Assembly (NCBI GenBank): GCA_963695555.1
Contig: CAVOGR010000007.1
Coordinates: 32,001-96,000 of the forward strand
Source of the DNA: an uncultured Gemmatimonadales bacterium
GTDB lineage: Bacteria > Gemmatimonadota > Gemmatimonadetes > Gemmatimonadales > GWC2-71-9
Direction of reading: 5' to 3'
Length of the DNA stretch: 64,000 bases
Shown: piece by piece, positions 48,882 through 58,080 of the stretch
Position numbering within the stretch: position 1 is the first letter of the stretch
How the letters are laid out: each line of letters opens with the position of its first letter
Program-made: the position numbers and the translations under genes
Notes under the pieces: generated by a model
Seen by the model: only the letters and a program-made list of their open reading frames with translations
The model's database searches: none
Told to the model about the DNA's origin: nothing

Positions 48882-51266
48882 GTGAGCCGCACGCCCCGCA
48901 CCATCGCCGTCATCTGCTTTTCAACGGGAACGCTCGCCTACGAGATCCTGCTGGTCCGGGTCTTCGCCATCGAGCACTTCCATCATTTCGCCTACATGGC
49001 CATCGGTGTCGCCATGCTCGGCTTCGGCGTGAGCGGCTCCGCCCTGGCGCTGGTCCGCCCGCGGGACGAACCAACCCGCAGGCGATGGTTCTTCCGAGCC
49101 GGCATCGCAACGGCGATCGCCCTGGTGGCGAGCCCTGGGCTGGTACACCAGATCGCGCTTGATCCGACGCAACTGGCCTGGGACGGGGGCCAGTGGCTCC
49201 GCCTGAGCCTGGTGTATGTCCTACTCGCCCTTCCCTTCGCCGCCGGAGCGCTCGCCATCCTCCTGGCACTCAGCATCGACCCGGAGCGGCCGGGCTGGAT
49301 ATACGGCGCGAGTTTCACGGGCTCGGGGCTTGGCGCCGGCCTGGCGATCGCGGTGCTCTGGATCGTGTCACCCACACGAGCGCTCGCCGTCCCAGCACTG
49401 GTGACGGGGCTCGGGTGCGTGGTCGCGGCATCCGGGGCCGAGCGGCGGAAGCGAGCCCTGTGGTCAGCGGGCATCGTCTGCCTGCTCACCGCAATAGCGG
49501 TGATCCGCCCCCCGTGGAGGTTCACCCTTTCTCCCTTCAAGGCACTGCCGCAGGTCGAGGCCTATCCTGACGCCATGCGGGTGGCGGAGCGGAGCAGTCC
49601 GATCGGATGGGTTGTCGCGACGATGGCGCCGGCATTCCGCTATGCGCCCGGGCTCTCACTTGGGTTCACCGGTGGATTACCGCCGCAGACGGGCTTGTTC
49701 GTAGACGGCGAGTTGACCGGTGCCGTTACTCGCTGGGGCGACCGGGACGGAGCGATGGCAGTGCTCGACTGGTTGCCAACGGCTCTGCCGTACGCCTTGG
49801 GCCGGAGCGACCGCGTGCTGGTCGTTGGCGGCGGATCCGGAATCGAAGTTGCGAACGCGGTGGCGCACGGTGCTCAACGGGTCACCGCCCTCGAGCTCAA
49901 CCCCGATATCGCGGAGCTCAACCGAGAGTTGGGCGAACTACCCGGAGACGGAATGCAAGACGTCGGGTGGGTGCTGGGAGACGCCCGATCCTACTTGGCC
50001 CGCGCCAAGGACACGTTCGATCTCATCACCATCGGCCCAGGCGGCGCGTTTGGCTCTGCGACCGGAGGAGTGCTCGCGCTGGGTGAGGACTTCCTGAACA
50101 CCCGCGAAGCGTATCGCGCCTACCTGGAGCGCCTGACCAATAGGGGCGTGCTGTCCATCACCGGCTGGCTCGCACTGCCGCCGCGCGCCAACGTCCGCGT
50201 CCTGCTCACGGTGGTCGACGCCTTGCGAGACGTCGTGCCCGATCGGGTCCCGCTCGCATTCGTGGTTGCCCGAAGCTGGGGCACAGTAACCGTCTTGGCA
50301 AAGCCGTCCGGTTTCCTTCCGGCCGAGATCGATGCACTCCGAGAGTGGGCAGCATCCCGAAGCTTCGACCTGGACTGGTATCCCGGCATCGCGGAGCCCA
50401 CCGATGGCTTCAACCAGCTGAGCGAGCCGGTCTTCTTCGAGGCCGCGATGGCGGCGGCGGCCGGCCGGGACGGCGCGAAACGGTTCGCTGAGTCGTATCC
50501 CTTTGACGTGGCACCTGCCACAGACCTCCGGCCTTACCCGCATCACTTCCTTCGGGTGCGTTCGCTGGGCGTTTTGCTGCGGAGCGATCGAGGCAACTGG
50601 TTGCCCTTCGCCGAGTGGGGAACGCTGGCACTCGTGGCCACCCTGGTTCAGAGCGTGGTCCTGGCCGGCATCCTCTTGATCTTGCCGGTCGCGGTGCGTT
50701 CCAGGAAAGTGGGCGAAGAAGGCCTGGCGCCGGTCATCGTCTACTTTGCGGCCATCGGCCTCGCCTATCTGGCGGCCGAAATTGCGGCCATTCAGCAGTT
50801 GAGCCTGTTGCTGGGTCACCCAGTGTACGCCGTGGCTGCCGTCTTGGCCGCGTTCCTACTCTTCTCGGGTGGCGGCAGCGTGTGGTCGGATCGGCTCGGC
50901 GCGGCGCGGCGAGTATGGGTACTCGGGGCGGTCGTGCCGGCCCTGCTGTGTTGGGTGTTGTTCTTGCCCTTGCTGGGCCACCTGGTACAGCCGGCCCCTC
51001 TCGTCGTGCGCGGGGCCGCAGCGCTCGTCCTCGTGGGGCCGGTTGCCTTCCTCATGGGGATGCCGTTCCCGCTTGGCATCCGGACGTTGGCGCGCGACGA
51101 CCAGCGGCGGCTGGCCTGGGCCTGGGCAGCCAATGGATTCGCGTCGGTCACGGCTGCTCCAATGGCCGCGCTGGTGGCCCTTACGTTGGGGTCCACGGCG
51201 GTGTTGATAGCGGCAGCCGCGGCCTACGGGGTGGCAGGAGGGCTGCTGTGGGCACACCTGCGATAG
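48882..51266 (+). CDS. Polytopic membrane protein with central spermidine synthase-like SAM-binding domain
   Basis: N- and C-terminal TM bundles; VLVVGGGSGIEV...LELNP...GDARSYL; MGMPFPLG and WAWAANGFASV. Confidence 0.85.
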   Translation: MSRTPRTIAVICFSTGTLAYEILLVRVFAIEHFHHFAYMAIGVAMLGFGVSGSALALVRPRDEPTRRRWFFRAGIATAIALVASPGLVHQIALDPTQLAWDGGQWLRLSLVYVLLALPFAAGALAILLALSIDPERPGWIYGASFTGSGLGAGLAIAVLWIVSPTRALAVPALVTGLGCVVAASGAERRKRALWSAGIVCLLTAIAVIRPPWRFTLSPFKALPQVEAYPDAMRVAERSSPIGWVVATMAPAFRYAPGLSLGFTGGLPPQTGLFVDGELTGAVTRWGDRDGAMAVLDWLPTALPYALGRSDRVLVVGGGSGIEVANAVAHGAQRVTALELNPDIAELNRELGELPGDGMQDVGWVLGDARSYLARAKDTFDLITIGPGGAFGSATGGVLALGEDFLNTREAYRAYLERLTNRGVLSITGWLALPPRANVRVLLTVVDALRDVVPDRVPLAFVVARSWGTVTVLAKPSGFLPAEIDALREWAASRSFDLDWYPGIAEPTDGFNQLSEPVFFEAAMAAAAGRDGAKRFAESYPFDVAPATDLRPYPHHFLRVRSLGVLLRSDRGNWLPFAEWGTLALVATLVQSVVLAGILLILPVAVRSRKVGEEGLAPVIVYFAAIGLAYLAAEIAAIQQLSLLLGHPVYAVAAVLAAFLLFSGGGSVWSDRLGAARRVWVLGAVVPALLCWVLFLPLLGHLVQPAPLVVRGAAALVLVGPVAFLMGMPFPLGIRTLARDDQRRLAWAWAANGFASVTAAPMAALVALTLGSTAVLIAAAAAYGVAGGLLWAHLR

Positions 51267-51380
51267 GGTCCGCATTCCTCTCTGTCAATTCGAGCTTGCC
51301 AGTGAAGCGATTCCCGCCAAATTCATTGTGCTTTCAAGGTCCAGACCCTATCCTGGAATGTCTCCGACCTGGAGTGCGAC

Positions 51381-51845
51381 ATGCCACGATTCCCCACCCT
51401 AGCCCTCCCGGCCGCCCTCGTCGTCGCGCTCGGCTGCACCCCACCCGAGGTGCCAACGGACCCGGCCGAGTTCCAGCAGCATTGGGACGCGTACAGGACC
51501 GCCCTGGCATCGGCCGACGTGGACGCGATGGCCGCGTTCTATTTCGACGACGGCATGCGTATCCCGCCGGACAAGCCGCCGCAGCGAGGCCTCCCTGCGG
51601 TGCGAGACTACTTGACCCGCGTTTTCGCCGAAAACGTATACACCCTCGACGAGGCCACCCCTGACGACGTCCAGGTCTCGGGAAATCTCGCCGCCGTGCG
51701 GGCCACCTATCGCGACCACTCATACCCCAAGGCGGGCGGCGACACCACCTGGACGGCAGGCAGATGGTTGTCAGTCTGGGGGCGCGAGCCCGACGGCCGA
51801 TGGAAGATCAGAACGGAGATGTGGACCGTCGAGAGTATCGAGTAG
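51381..51845 (+). CDS. DUF4440/SnoaL-like NTF2 fold lipoprotein
   Basis: Lipobox LGC; VSGNLA...GRWLSVWGREPDGRWKI. Confidence 0.8.
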   Translation: MPRFPTLALPAALVVALGCTPPEVPTDPAEFQQHWDAYRTALASADVDAMAAFYFDDGMRIPPDKPPQRGLPAVRDYLTRVFAENVYTLDEATPDDVQVSGNLAAVRATYRDHSYPKAGGDTTWTAGRWLSVWGREPDGRWKIRTEMWTVESIE

Positions 51846-51925
51846 GCAGCGCGCCCGCCAGATCACATCCGAAAACCAGGGCAGAGATTCTCAGAAGTGA
51901 GATTCTCAGCGGCGGGCGGGCCGGC

Positions 51926-52531
51926 CTAACTGCGATTGGGCCTGAACATGCTCCAGGTATGGATCTCGCCGACGTGGGCTTCCGCGGTCACGTGGTATCC
52001 CACCCGCTCGTAATACGGCACGTTTGACGGATCCTCGGTGCTGAGCGTGACACCGGTCGAGACCGGGTCCGCCTCGGACATGGCTTGGATATGTTCCAGC
52101 AAGATCCGGCCGTAGCCGCTGCCTTGATGGCCTGGCGCCACCCCGATCATGCCGAGGAAGTAGTGCGGCTCATCGGGCTCGTGACCGGTGCTTTGGCGCT
52201 CGTACCTGGCCATACGCTCGAACGCCTCGGGGCCGATAATGGTGGCAACCCGACGGTGCTTCCGTGTGAGCTCGGGCGGTGCGAGCAGATCACGAGGCTC
52301 CGACACCAGCGCCGCTGCTACGAGATCCTCCCCTTGCCGGATGCCCAGCACCGGCCAGCCTCGGGTCAACCGGGCATCGCAGTAGAAGCCTATGAGCTCG
52401 CGGAGCCGCGCGCCGTACTCGTCGCCGGCGTCCGCCAGGGCGAAGCGCATGACAGGGTAGTCATGGAAGGCGGCGGCGAGCACGTCGATCACGTGCTCCC
52501 GATCGGCCTCGGTCAAGCGCTCAACAGTCAC
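51926..52531 (-). CDS. GNAT family N-acetyltransferase
   Basis: FLGMIGVAPGHQGSGYG...NVPYYERVGY. Confidence 0.9.
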   Translation of the reverse strand: MTVERLTEADREHVIDVLAAAFHDYPVMRFALADAGDEYGARLRELIGFYCDARLTRGWPVLGIRQGEDLVAAALVSEPRDLLAPPELTRKHRRVATIIGPEAFERMARYERQSTGHEPDEPHYFLGMIGVAPGHQGSGYGRILLEHIQAMSEADPVSTGVTLSTEDPSNVPYYERVGYHVTAEAHVGEIHTWSMFRPNRS

Positions 52532-52647
52532 ATTATTCCCCGCCGCAGGATGTACAGTGTTTGGGGGAAGAGACTCCTCGCTCTCCCCCCGAATTCCACG
52601 AACGGCACGCGTGTGTCAACTCGTGCCCTGCGCTCCGAATGTTGCCC

Positions 52648-52830
52648 TCAGCTCTCGGACGGCTCGATCTTCACCACGCATTCGCCCTTCACATGCGCGA
52701 CGAACACGTCGTACTTGATCACTCCGAGTTTGGTCCATTTGGGAGCTGCCGCTCGGTTGTCGGCGCAAATCTCGTTGGCCTCCCCGCATTCCCAGGTCCC
52801 GCTTGGGCAGAGCTTGCATGTCTTGGCCAT
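52648..52830 (-). CDS. Small Cys-rich hypothetical protein (60 aa)
   Basis: AAAGGGG RBS-like sequence before the ATG; five Cys including CKLC; fills the gap downstream of the kinase on the same strand. Confidence 0.55.
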   Translation of the reverse strand: MAKTCKLCPSGTWECGEANEICADNRAAAPKWTKLGVIKYDVFVAHVKGECVVKIEPSES

Positions 52831-52895
52831 GGTTGTTCCCCTTTAGTTGAGGTTGGTGGGACTATTGGAGTCAGCACTTTGCAGCGACACTCGAC

Positions 52896-55800
52896 TTAAC
52901 CGGGTTTGAGACGCCGAAGGTCGCGCCTGGCCTCGTCCACGAGCGGTTTCGTGAGTGAGTCTGCATTGGTCCACGCACTGATGAAGTGCTCGTAAGACTG
53001 GACGGCACGCTGGGTGTCTCGATTCGCTTCGTACGCTTGTGCCCGCATGAGATAGGAGAGGCTACGTAAGCCCCAAGCGTAGTCGGGACCATCCACGCGA
53101 AGCGGCAGGCTGTCGAGTCGCGCGAACAACTCGGCCGCATGGCCCTGATCGCCGATGCGGGTTGCCACAACACCAAGGATCAATGCCCTCGTCGCATCGC
53201 TTACACCCGGGACCTTCGTCCCCACGGCTTGGCGAAGCAGTGCGTGAGCGGTGACCGAGTCCCGTTTGCTCATGACGAGCGCGCGCCACAATGGGGTATC
53301 GAGTCCGAGACCGTCATCCCACGCCGCCAAGGCCGAATCATCCCATGCCAGCGCTGGTGCGATGTCAAATGTCGCGTTGCGGCGCAACAACCGGATTTGC
53401 CGCTCCGAATACTTGGGAGGTGACCAGACACGGCGAAGGGCATCCAACTCATGTCTGAGCGGTAGTCCGCCCACTCCGGTGGCACCCAATACGCGTATTC
53501 GTTCAATGATGACGTCGGCACCGCCATAGGGTATGAGAGAATCCGCAAGGCTATCCGGCATAAAGCTCTGCTTCGTGCTGTGCGACACGAGCGTCAGCGT
53601 ACGCAAGGGCTGCCCCAGGGCCAAGAAGACGTCGACGGCGAGCTGATCTGGAGGTTCAGTGCCATATCGCTCGAGCGCCTCTTCCGTCAGCCTGGCCGCT
53701 TCGGCGGGATCGCCTGCCCCTAGGTAAAGGCTCCCCAGCCGGAGGAGATCGATTGGCAGCGTGTCTCCCTTGAGCGCGAGAGCTTGAGCAGCATTCTCCA
53801 GGGCCAGTTGTGCCAGGCTGTCGATGGACTCCGGAGCGGCCAATTTCAAGCGCGCCCTCCGCGCGAGCATCGCAGCGGCGATCTCTTCCCGGGGTTGGGC
53901 CAGCCCCGGGGCGAAGTCGGCCCATCGGCGGATGGCCTGGACCGATTGGTCGAACAGCCGAGTGGCGCCTGCTTCAGCCAAGGACGGATCGAGCGAATCG
54001 AACGCCGCCTTGCTCACCCATTCGATCGAGTCCAGCGCAACCGGACAAAAGGCGCGGAGGCGATGTGGCGTCTTGTCCCCCCAAGGCGCAATGAACTCGT
54101 CACGGGGCAGTTCGAAGCCGCCGCAGACTCCGCGATCGATCGGTTCCGTCACGGCCTTGTAGATCTCAAACAGATGCCCGTAGCCAAGGTCGAATGTCGG
54201 CTGGAGTCGCACCGCCTCGGAGAATGCATGAATCGCCACGTTGAGGTTGCTACGAGGCGCTAGCCTCCCCGGTGACTTTTCTTCCAGCCATGGATCACGA
54301 TACTCCACGCTGCCAAGCATCAGCCAGGCGTAGACATCGGTGGAATCTGATTTCAGTATCGACTGGTAGCGTTGGCGAGCGGTCTCGTAATCGCCCTGCT
54401 GGAAGGCATAGAATGCAGCGATGTGCATGCTGTCCCGAATCGGCAGGCCGGCCGAATGTCGCAGGGCAAATGCACTCAGGCTCACAATCTCGGGGCCAAC
54501 GCTCTCGAGCCGCATGTCGCTTGGAGCGGCCTGCCAGTACAGGGTCTGGGCCAGGTTGTTCATCGCAGTCGCAAACGATGTGTCCAGCACGATGGCCTGG
54601 CGGAAGCTCCGCTCGGCGTCGCCGAGTCGCCAACTCGCTAGATATCGCTGCCCCTCGGTCAAGCGGGCGAGTGCCGCGGGCACGGCGGTCAGCCGACGCA
54701 ACTCGCCCGGGTCGGCGGTAACCTGATCGATGCCCAGAATCCCGTACACCACCGGCGCTACCAGCGTCGACATCTCGTTGGCGGCACCCGAGGCTTGTAT
54801 CGAGGGGCCTACGCTCTTCTGGCTTCGTGCATCAAACAGAGTGGCTTCAACGAACGCCGTGTCGCCCCGCAGGTTGAGGGTCACCGCGGCCAGGGCCTGG
54901 GCGCCCACGGTCCTCGCCACGGAGATCCCGTCCTCGATCAGCTCCAGCGTCGGGCCTGGGAGTCCCAGATCAAAGAGCGGCCCACTCAACGAGACGCTGG
55001 GAATGGCCCGGATGGATTCCCATTTGTTCAATTCCCGGGTGATGTCGTCCGCCAGATCACTCGCCATTGCTCGCTCACGCGCGGTCGAGGTGGAAGTGCT
55101 GAACGGCATCACGACCACTGACTCGGGACGGCCATCCACCCATGCCGTGGCGCGGGAAGCCCCGAGCGTCTTCCCTCCGATCACCGCCGCGGCAAGGATG
55201 ATCAACAGCCCTCCCACCGCAATCACGGGGTGGTCCCTCATCGGGCGTACCATCAGCTCCCAAGGCTTGGCCCGGCGTCGCTCGACGCGGTCCTGGATGG
55301 CACCCGACATCCCACCCACCGGCACGCCGTACTCGGGAGTGGTCAACGTGGTGAGCGCGGCGCCGAATTCGTCGGCTGTGCGATACCGATCGGCCGGCAC
55401 CTTGGCCAGTGCCTTGAATACTGCCTGCTCCAAGGGCTCCGAGATGGTTAGCCGCACCGTCCTGAGGCTCGGGACGGGATCCACGGCGTGCCGCGCGAGT
55501 ACGGCCTGTGACGTGGGGCCGGTGAAGGGCGGCTCGCCGACCAACGCCTCATACAGTACGCAGCCCAAGGCGTAGATATCGCTGCGTGCGTCGATCTCAC
55601 TCCTCCCGGTCGCCCGCTCCGGACTCATGTAGGTTGGGGTGCCCAAGGCGAGACCCGTCTGGGTCAGCTTCTCCCCTCCGGCCTCGGTCACGGCCCGAGC
55701 AATCCCAAAGTCGGCAACCACCGCCAGCTCACCCGTCAAGAGGATGTTCTCCGGCTTGATGTCGCGGTGCACGACACCGAGGCCGTGTGCGTGGTCCAAT

Positions 55801-56174
55801 GCCCGGGCGACTTGCTGGACGATCCGGACCGCCTCTCCGATGGGAAGCTGGTTCTCCCGATCCAGCCGTTGGCGGAGCGTTTCACCCTCGACATAGGGCA
55901 TCACATAGAACAGAAATCCGTCGGCCTCACCGGAGTCGATCAGCGGCAGGATGTGCGGGTGATTGAGGCTTGCGGTGAGTTTGATCTCACGCAGGAACCG
56001 CTCAGTGCCCAACGCAGCGGCTAATTCGGGGTGCATGACCTTGACCGCCACCTCGCGATCGTGCTTCACGTCGCGAGCCAGGTACACGGTGGCCATACCG
56101 CCCGATCCGATCTCCCGTTCGATGGGGTAGCGGTCGGCGAGCGCTGATTTCAGGCGGTTGAGGTCATCGAGCAC
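52896..56174 (-). CDS. Hanks-type Ser/Thr protein kinase with TM helix and TPR-like C-terminal region
   Basis: GSGGMATVY, VAVK, HRDIKPEN, DFG, GTPTYMSPE, DIYALG; TM VIAVGGLLIILAAAVIG; SVVVMPF domain. Confidence 0.95.
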   Translation of the reverse strand: MLDDLNRLKSALADRYPIEREIGSGGMATVYLARDVKHDREVAVKVMHPELAAALGTERFLREIKLTASLNHPHILPLIDSGEADGFLFYVMPYVEGETLRQRLDRENQLPIGEAVRIVQQVARALDHAHGLGVVHRDIKPENILLTGELAVVADFGIARAVTEAGGEKLTQTGLALGTPTYMSPERATGRSEIDARSDIYALGCVLYEALVGEPPFTGPTSQAVLARHAVDPVPSLRTVRLTISEPLEQAVFKALAKVPADRYRTADEFGAALTTLTTPEYGVPVGGMSGAIQDRVERRRAKPWELMVRPMRDHPVIAVGGLLIILAAAVIGGKTLGASRATAWVDGRPESVVVMPFSTSTSTARERAMASDLADDITRELNKWESIRAIPSVSLSGPLFDLGLPGPTLELIEDGISVARTVGAQALAAVTLNLRGDTAFVEATLFDARSQKSVGPSIQASGAANEMSTLVAPVVYGILGIDQVTADPGELRRLTAVPAALARLTEGQRYLASWRLGDAERSFRQAIVLDTSFATAMNNLAQTLYWQAAPSDMRLESVGPEIVSLSAFALRHSAGLPIRDSMHIAAFYAFQQGDYETARQRYQSILKSDSTDVYAWLMLGSVEYRDPWLEEKSPGRLAPRSNLNVAIHAFSEAVRLQPTFDLGYGHLFEIYKAVTEPIDRGVCGGFELPRDEFIAPWGDKTPHRLRAFCPVALDSIEWVSKAAFDSLDPSLAEAGATRLFDQSVQAIRRWADFAPGLAQPREEIAAAMLARRARLKLAAPESIDSLAQLALENAAQALALKGDTLPIDLLRLGSLYLGAGDPAEAARLTEEALERYGTEPPDQLAVDVFLALGQPLRTLTLVSHSTKQSFMPDSLADSLIPYGGADVIIERIRVLGATGVGGLPLRHELDALRRVWSPPKYSERQIRLLRRNATFDIAPALAWDDSALAAWDDGLGLDTPLWRALVMSKRDSVTAHALLRQAVGTKVPGVSDATRALILGVVATRIGDQGHAAELFARLDSLPLRVDGPDYAWGLRSLSYLMRAQAYEANRDTQRAVQSYEHFISAWTNADSLTKPLVDEARRDLRRLKPG

Positions 56175-56474
56175 AACGGTTCTCCCAGGCTGGCCCTAGG
56201 ATAGGCCGTGGCAGCGGGAATCGCCAGAGCGTCGGGCCAAAAATACGGCACTGGGCCCTAAGCATCGCTGGTGAATGGTGGGTCGTAAGTCTCAGGGCAT
56301 GAGACAGGAGCCCGATGACCTGAGCTAGCTACTCTTGCCGTAAGCGCTCCTCGCAGGGCTCCAACAGCAAGAGACTAGTGACGAACGACTCACGCCACGC
56401 CATCTTTCTCTGAGCGCACTATGAACGGAGTGGCCTACTATATAGGATAGGCTCCAGTGAGAGGAGGCGTGGTC

Positions 56475-56999
56475 ATGCCGCAATTCAGCGTCAATCCCAA
56501 CCGATTCGATCCCTACAAGAACTTCAAGTTCCGGGTCAAGTGGGAAGGCAAGTACGTGGCCGGCGTGAGCAAGATCAGCGCGCTGGTACGTACCACCGAG
56601 GTGGTGAAGCATCGTGAGGGTGGCGACCCGAGCACCAGCCGGAAGTCGCCGGGGCGGACGGAATACGAGCCGGTGACCCTCGAGCGTGGGGTGACCCATG
56701 ACCTCGAGTTCGAGAGATGGGCCAACAAGGTGTGGAACTTTGGGTCGGGACTGGGGACCGAGGTCTCGCTCAAGGACTTCCGGAAGGATGTGATCCTCGA
56801 ACTCTACAACGAGGCTGGGCAGCTGGTACTAGCATACAAGCTGTTCCGCTGCTGGGTCTCGGAGTTCCAGGCGCTGCCCGAATTGAATGCCAATGACGGT
56901 GCCGTCGCGATCCAGAAGCTCACGCTCCAGAACGAGGGGTGGGAGCGCGACTACGACGTCACAGAGCCCGAGGAGCCGTCCTTCACGGAGCCCAGCTAG
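56475..56999 (+). CDS. Contractile injection system / phage T4 gp19-like tail tube protein
   Basis: GAGGAGG RBS; RFDPYKNFKFRV...HREGG...RKSPGRTEYEPVTLERG...RKDVILELYNEAG...LTLQNEGW. Confidence 0.92.
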   Translation: MPQFSVNPNRFDPYKNFKFRVKWEGKYVAGVSKISALVRTTEVVKHREGGDPSTSRKSPGRTEYEPVTLERGVTHDLEFERWANKVWNFGSGLGTEVSLKDFRKDVILELYNEAGQLVLAYKLFRCWVSEFQALPELNANDGAVAIQKLTLQNEGWERDYDVTEPEEPSFTEPS

Positions 57000-57010
57000 G
57001 AGGATTCGGC

Positions 57011-57622
57011 ATGCCTGGTTCACGATCGCCGAAGGTGCTGAAGGGGGCCCTCGTGCGGCTGGACGATCAGGGGGCGGGGGCGGGGGCGCCGGCCCAGGTC
57101 GTGGTCTTTCAGTACAACCCCGAGACGCTTCACCGAAGACTCGAGGAACGACCGAGCGGGCCGCCACAGGAAGTCATCACCTGCTCGCTCGCGTTCGACG
57201 CGACCGACGCCTTGGAATTCCCGGACGAGAACCCGCTCGTGGTGGAGCACGGGATCTATCCGATGCTAGCGGCGCTCGAGCTGCTCCTGCACCCGCGCGA
57301 AGCGCGGGGCGGGGGGTCCAGCTGGTGGCCGTTCTGGCCGTTCGGTTCGGGGTCGGAGGTAGAGCGCGAGCCCGTGCTCATTTTCCTCTGGGGCGACCAG
57401 CGCGCCGTCCCCGTTCGGCTCACCCGGCTCGACATCACGGAGGAGCAGCACGATCCGCAACTGCATCCGATCCGGGCTAACGTCAGGCTTAGGATGCGAG
57501 TGGTCACCGACCAGGATGTTCCTGGGGGGCACCGGGGAGCCCGGCTCTGGCGAGAGCACCTGAGCCGGATGCGGACCCTGGCGCACGGGGTCTACACGGG
57601 GGTGCCGCCCGTTCGCATCTAG
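57011..57622 (+). CDS. CIS tube-initiator-like protein (Afp7/Pvc7-like)
   Basis: AGGAGG RBS; SPKVLKGALV...VVFQYNPETLHR...LIFLWG...ITEEQHDPQLHPIRANV, a pattern typical of eCIS CIS_tube-domain proteins. Confidence 0.75.
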   Translation: MPGSRSPKVLKGALVRLDDQGAGAGAPAQVVVFQYNPETLHRRLEERPSGPPQEVITCSLAFDATDALEFPDENPLVVEHGIYPMLAALELLLHPREARGGGSSWWPFWPFGSGSEVEREPVLIFLWGDQRAVPVRLTRLDITEEQHDPQLHPIRANVRLRMRVVTDQDVPGGHRGARLWREHLSRMRTLAHGVYTGVPPVRI

Positions 57623-57704
57623 GAGTGCACAGGGGCCGATCAGCTGAGAGAGTTCGAGAGCTTGATGGAGGGCGACGTCGTTTTGTTTGCTGTCCAGCTT
57701 TGTG

Positions 57705-57735
57705 CTTCCTACTTCCTGCCTTCCTACCTTCCTGC
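57705..57735. repeat. CTTCCT(A/G)C-type short tandem repeat overlapping the sheath-fragment stop codon
   Basis: CTTCCTA CTTCCTGC CTTCCTAC CTTCCTGC. Confidence 0.7.
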
Positions 57736-58080
57736 CTCCATCGTCTTCTGCCCGATCCGGAAGATCACGAACTCGGCCGGCCTCGTGGGTGCCACTCCGA
57801 TCATCGAGATCAGCCGGCCGTTATCGATGTCATCTTGGGTCATGGTCGTCCGATCGCACGTGACGAAGAAGGCCTCCTCCGCCGTGGCCCCGGAGAGTGC
57901 GCCGGTCCGCCACACGGTGGTGAGGAAGTTTGATATCGCAGTTCGAACGGCGGTCCACGTTGTCTGCTCGTTGGGCTCGAACACCACCCACTGGGTTCCG
58001 CGGTAGATCGACTGCTCGAGGTAGATGAAGAGACGCCGGACGTTGACGTACCTCCATTCCGGGTCCGACGACATGGTGCG
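57724..58080 (-). pseudogene. Contractile tail sheath C-terminal domain only (truncated gene or stand-alone ~116 aa protein from ATG 58074)
   Basis: RTMSSDPEWRYVNVRRLFIYLEQSI...WVVFEPN...GAL...AFFVTCD...GVAPTRPAEFVIFRI; similarity stops abruptly upstream of RTM. Confidence 0.8.

Noticed and set aside
57628..57660. Plus-strand peptide GADQL resembling a motif in some CIS sheath proteins
   Set aside because: Only five residues match and the flanking sequence does not; likely chance.
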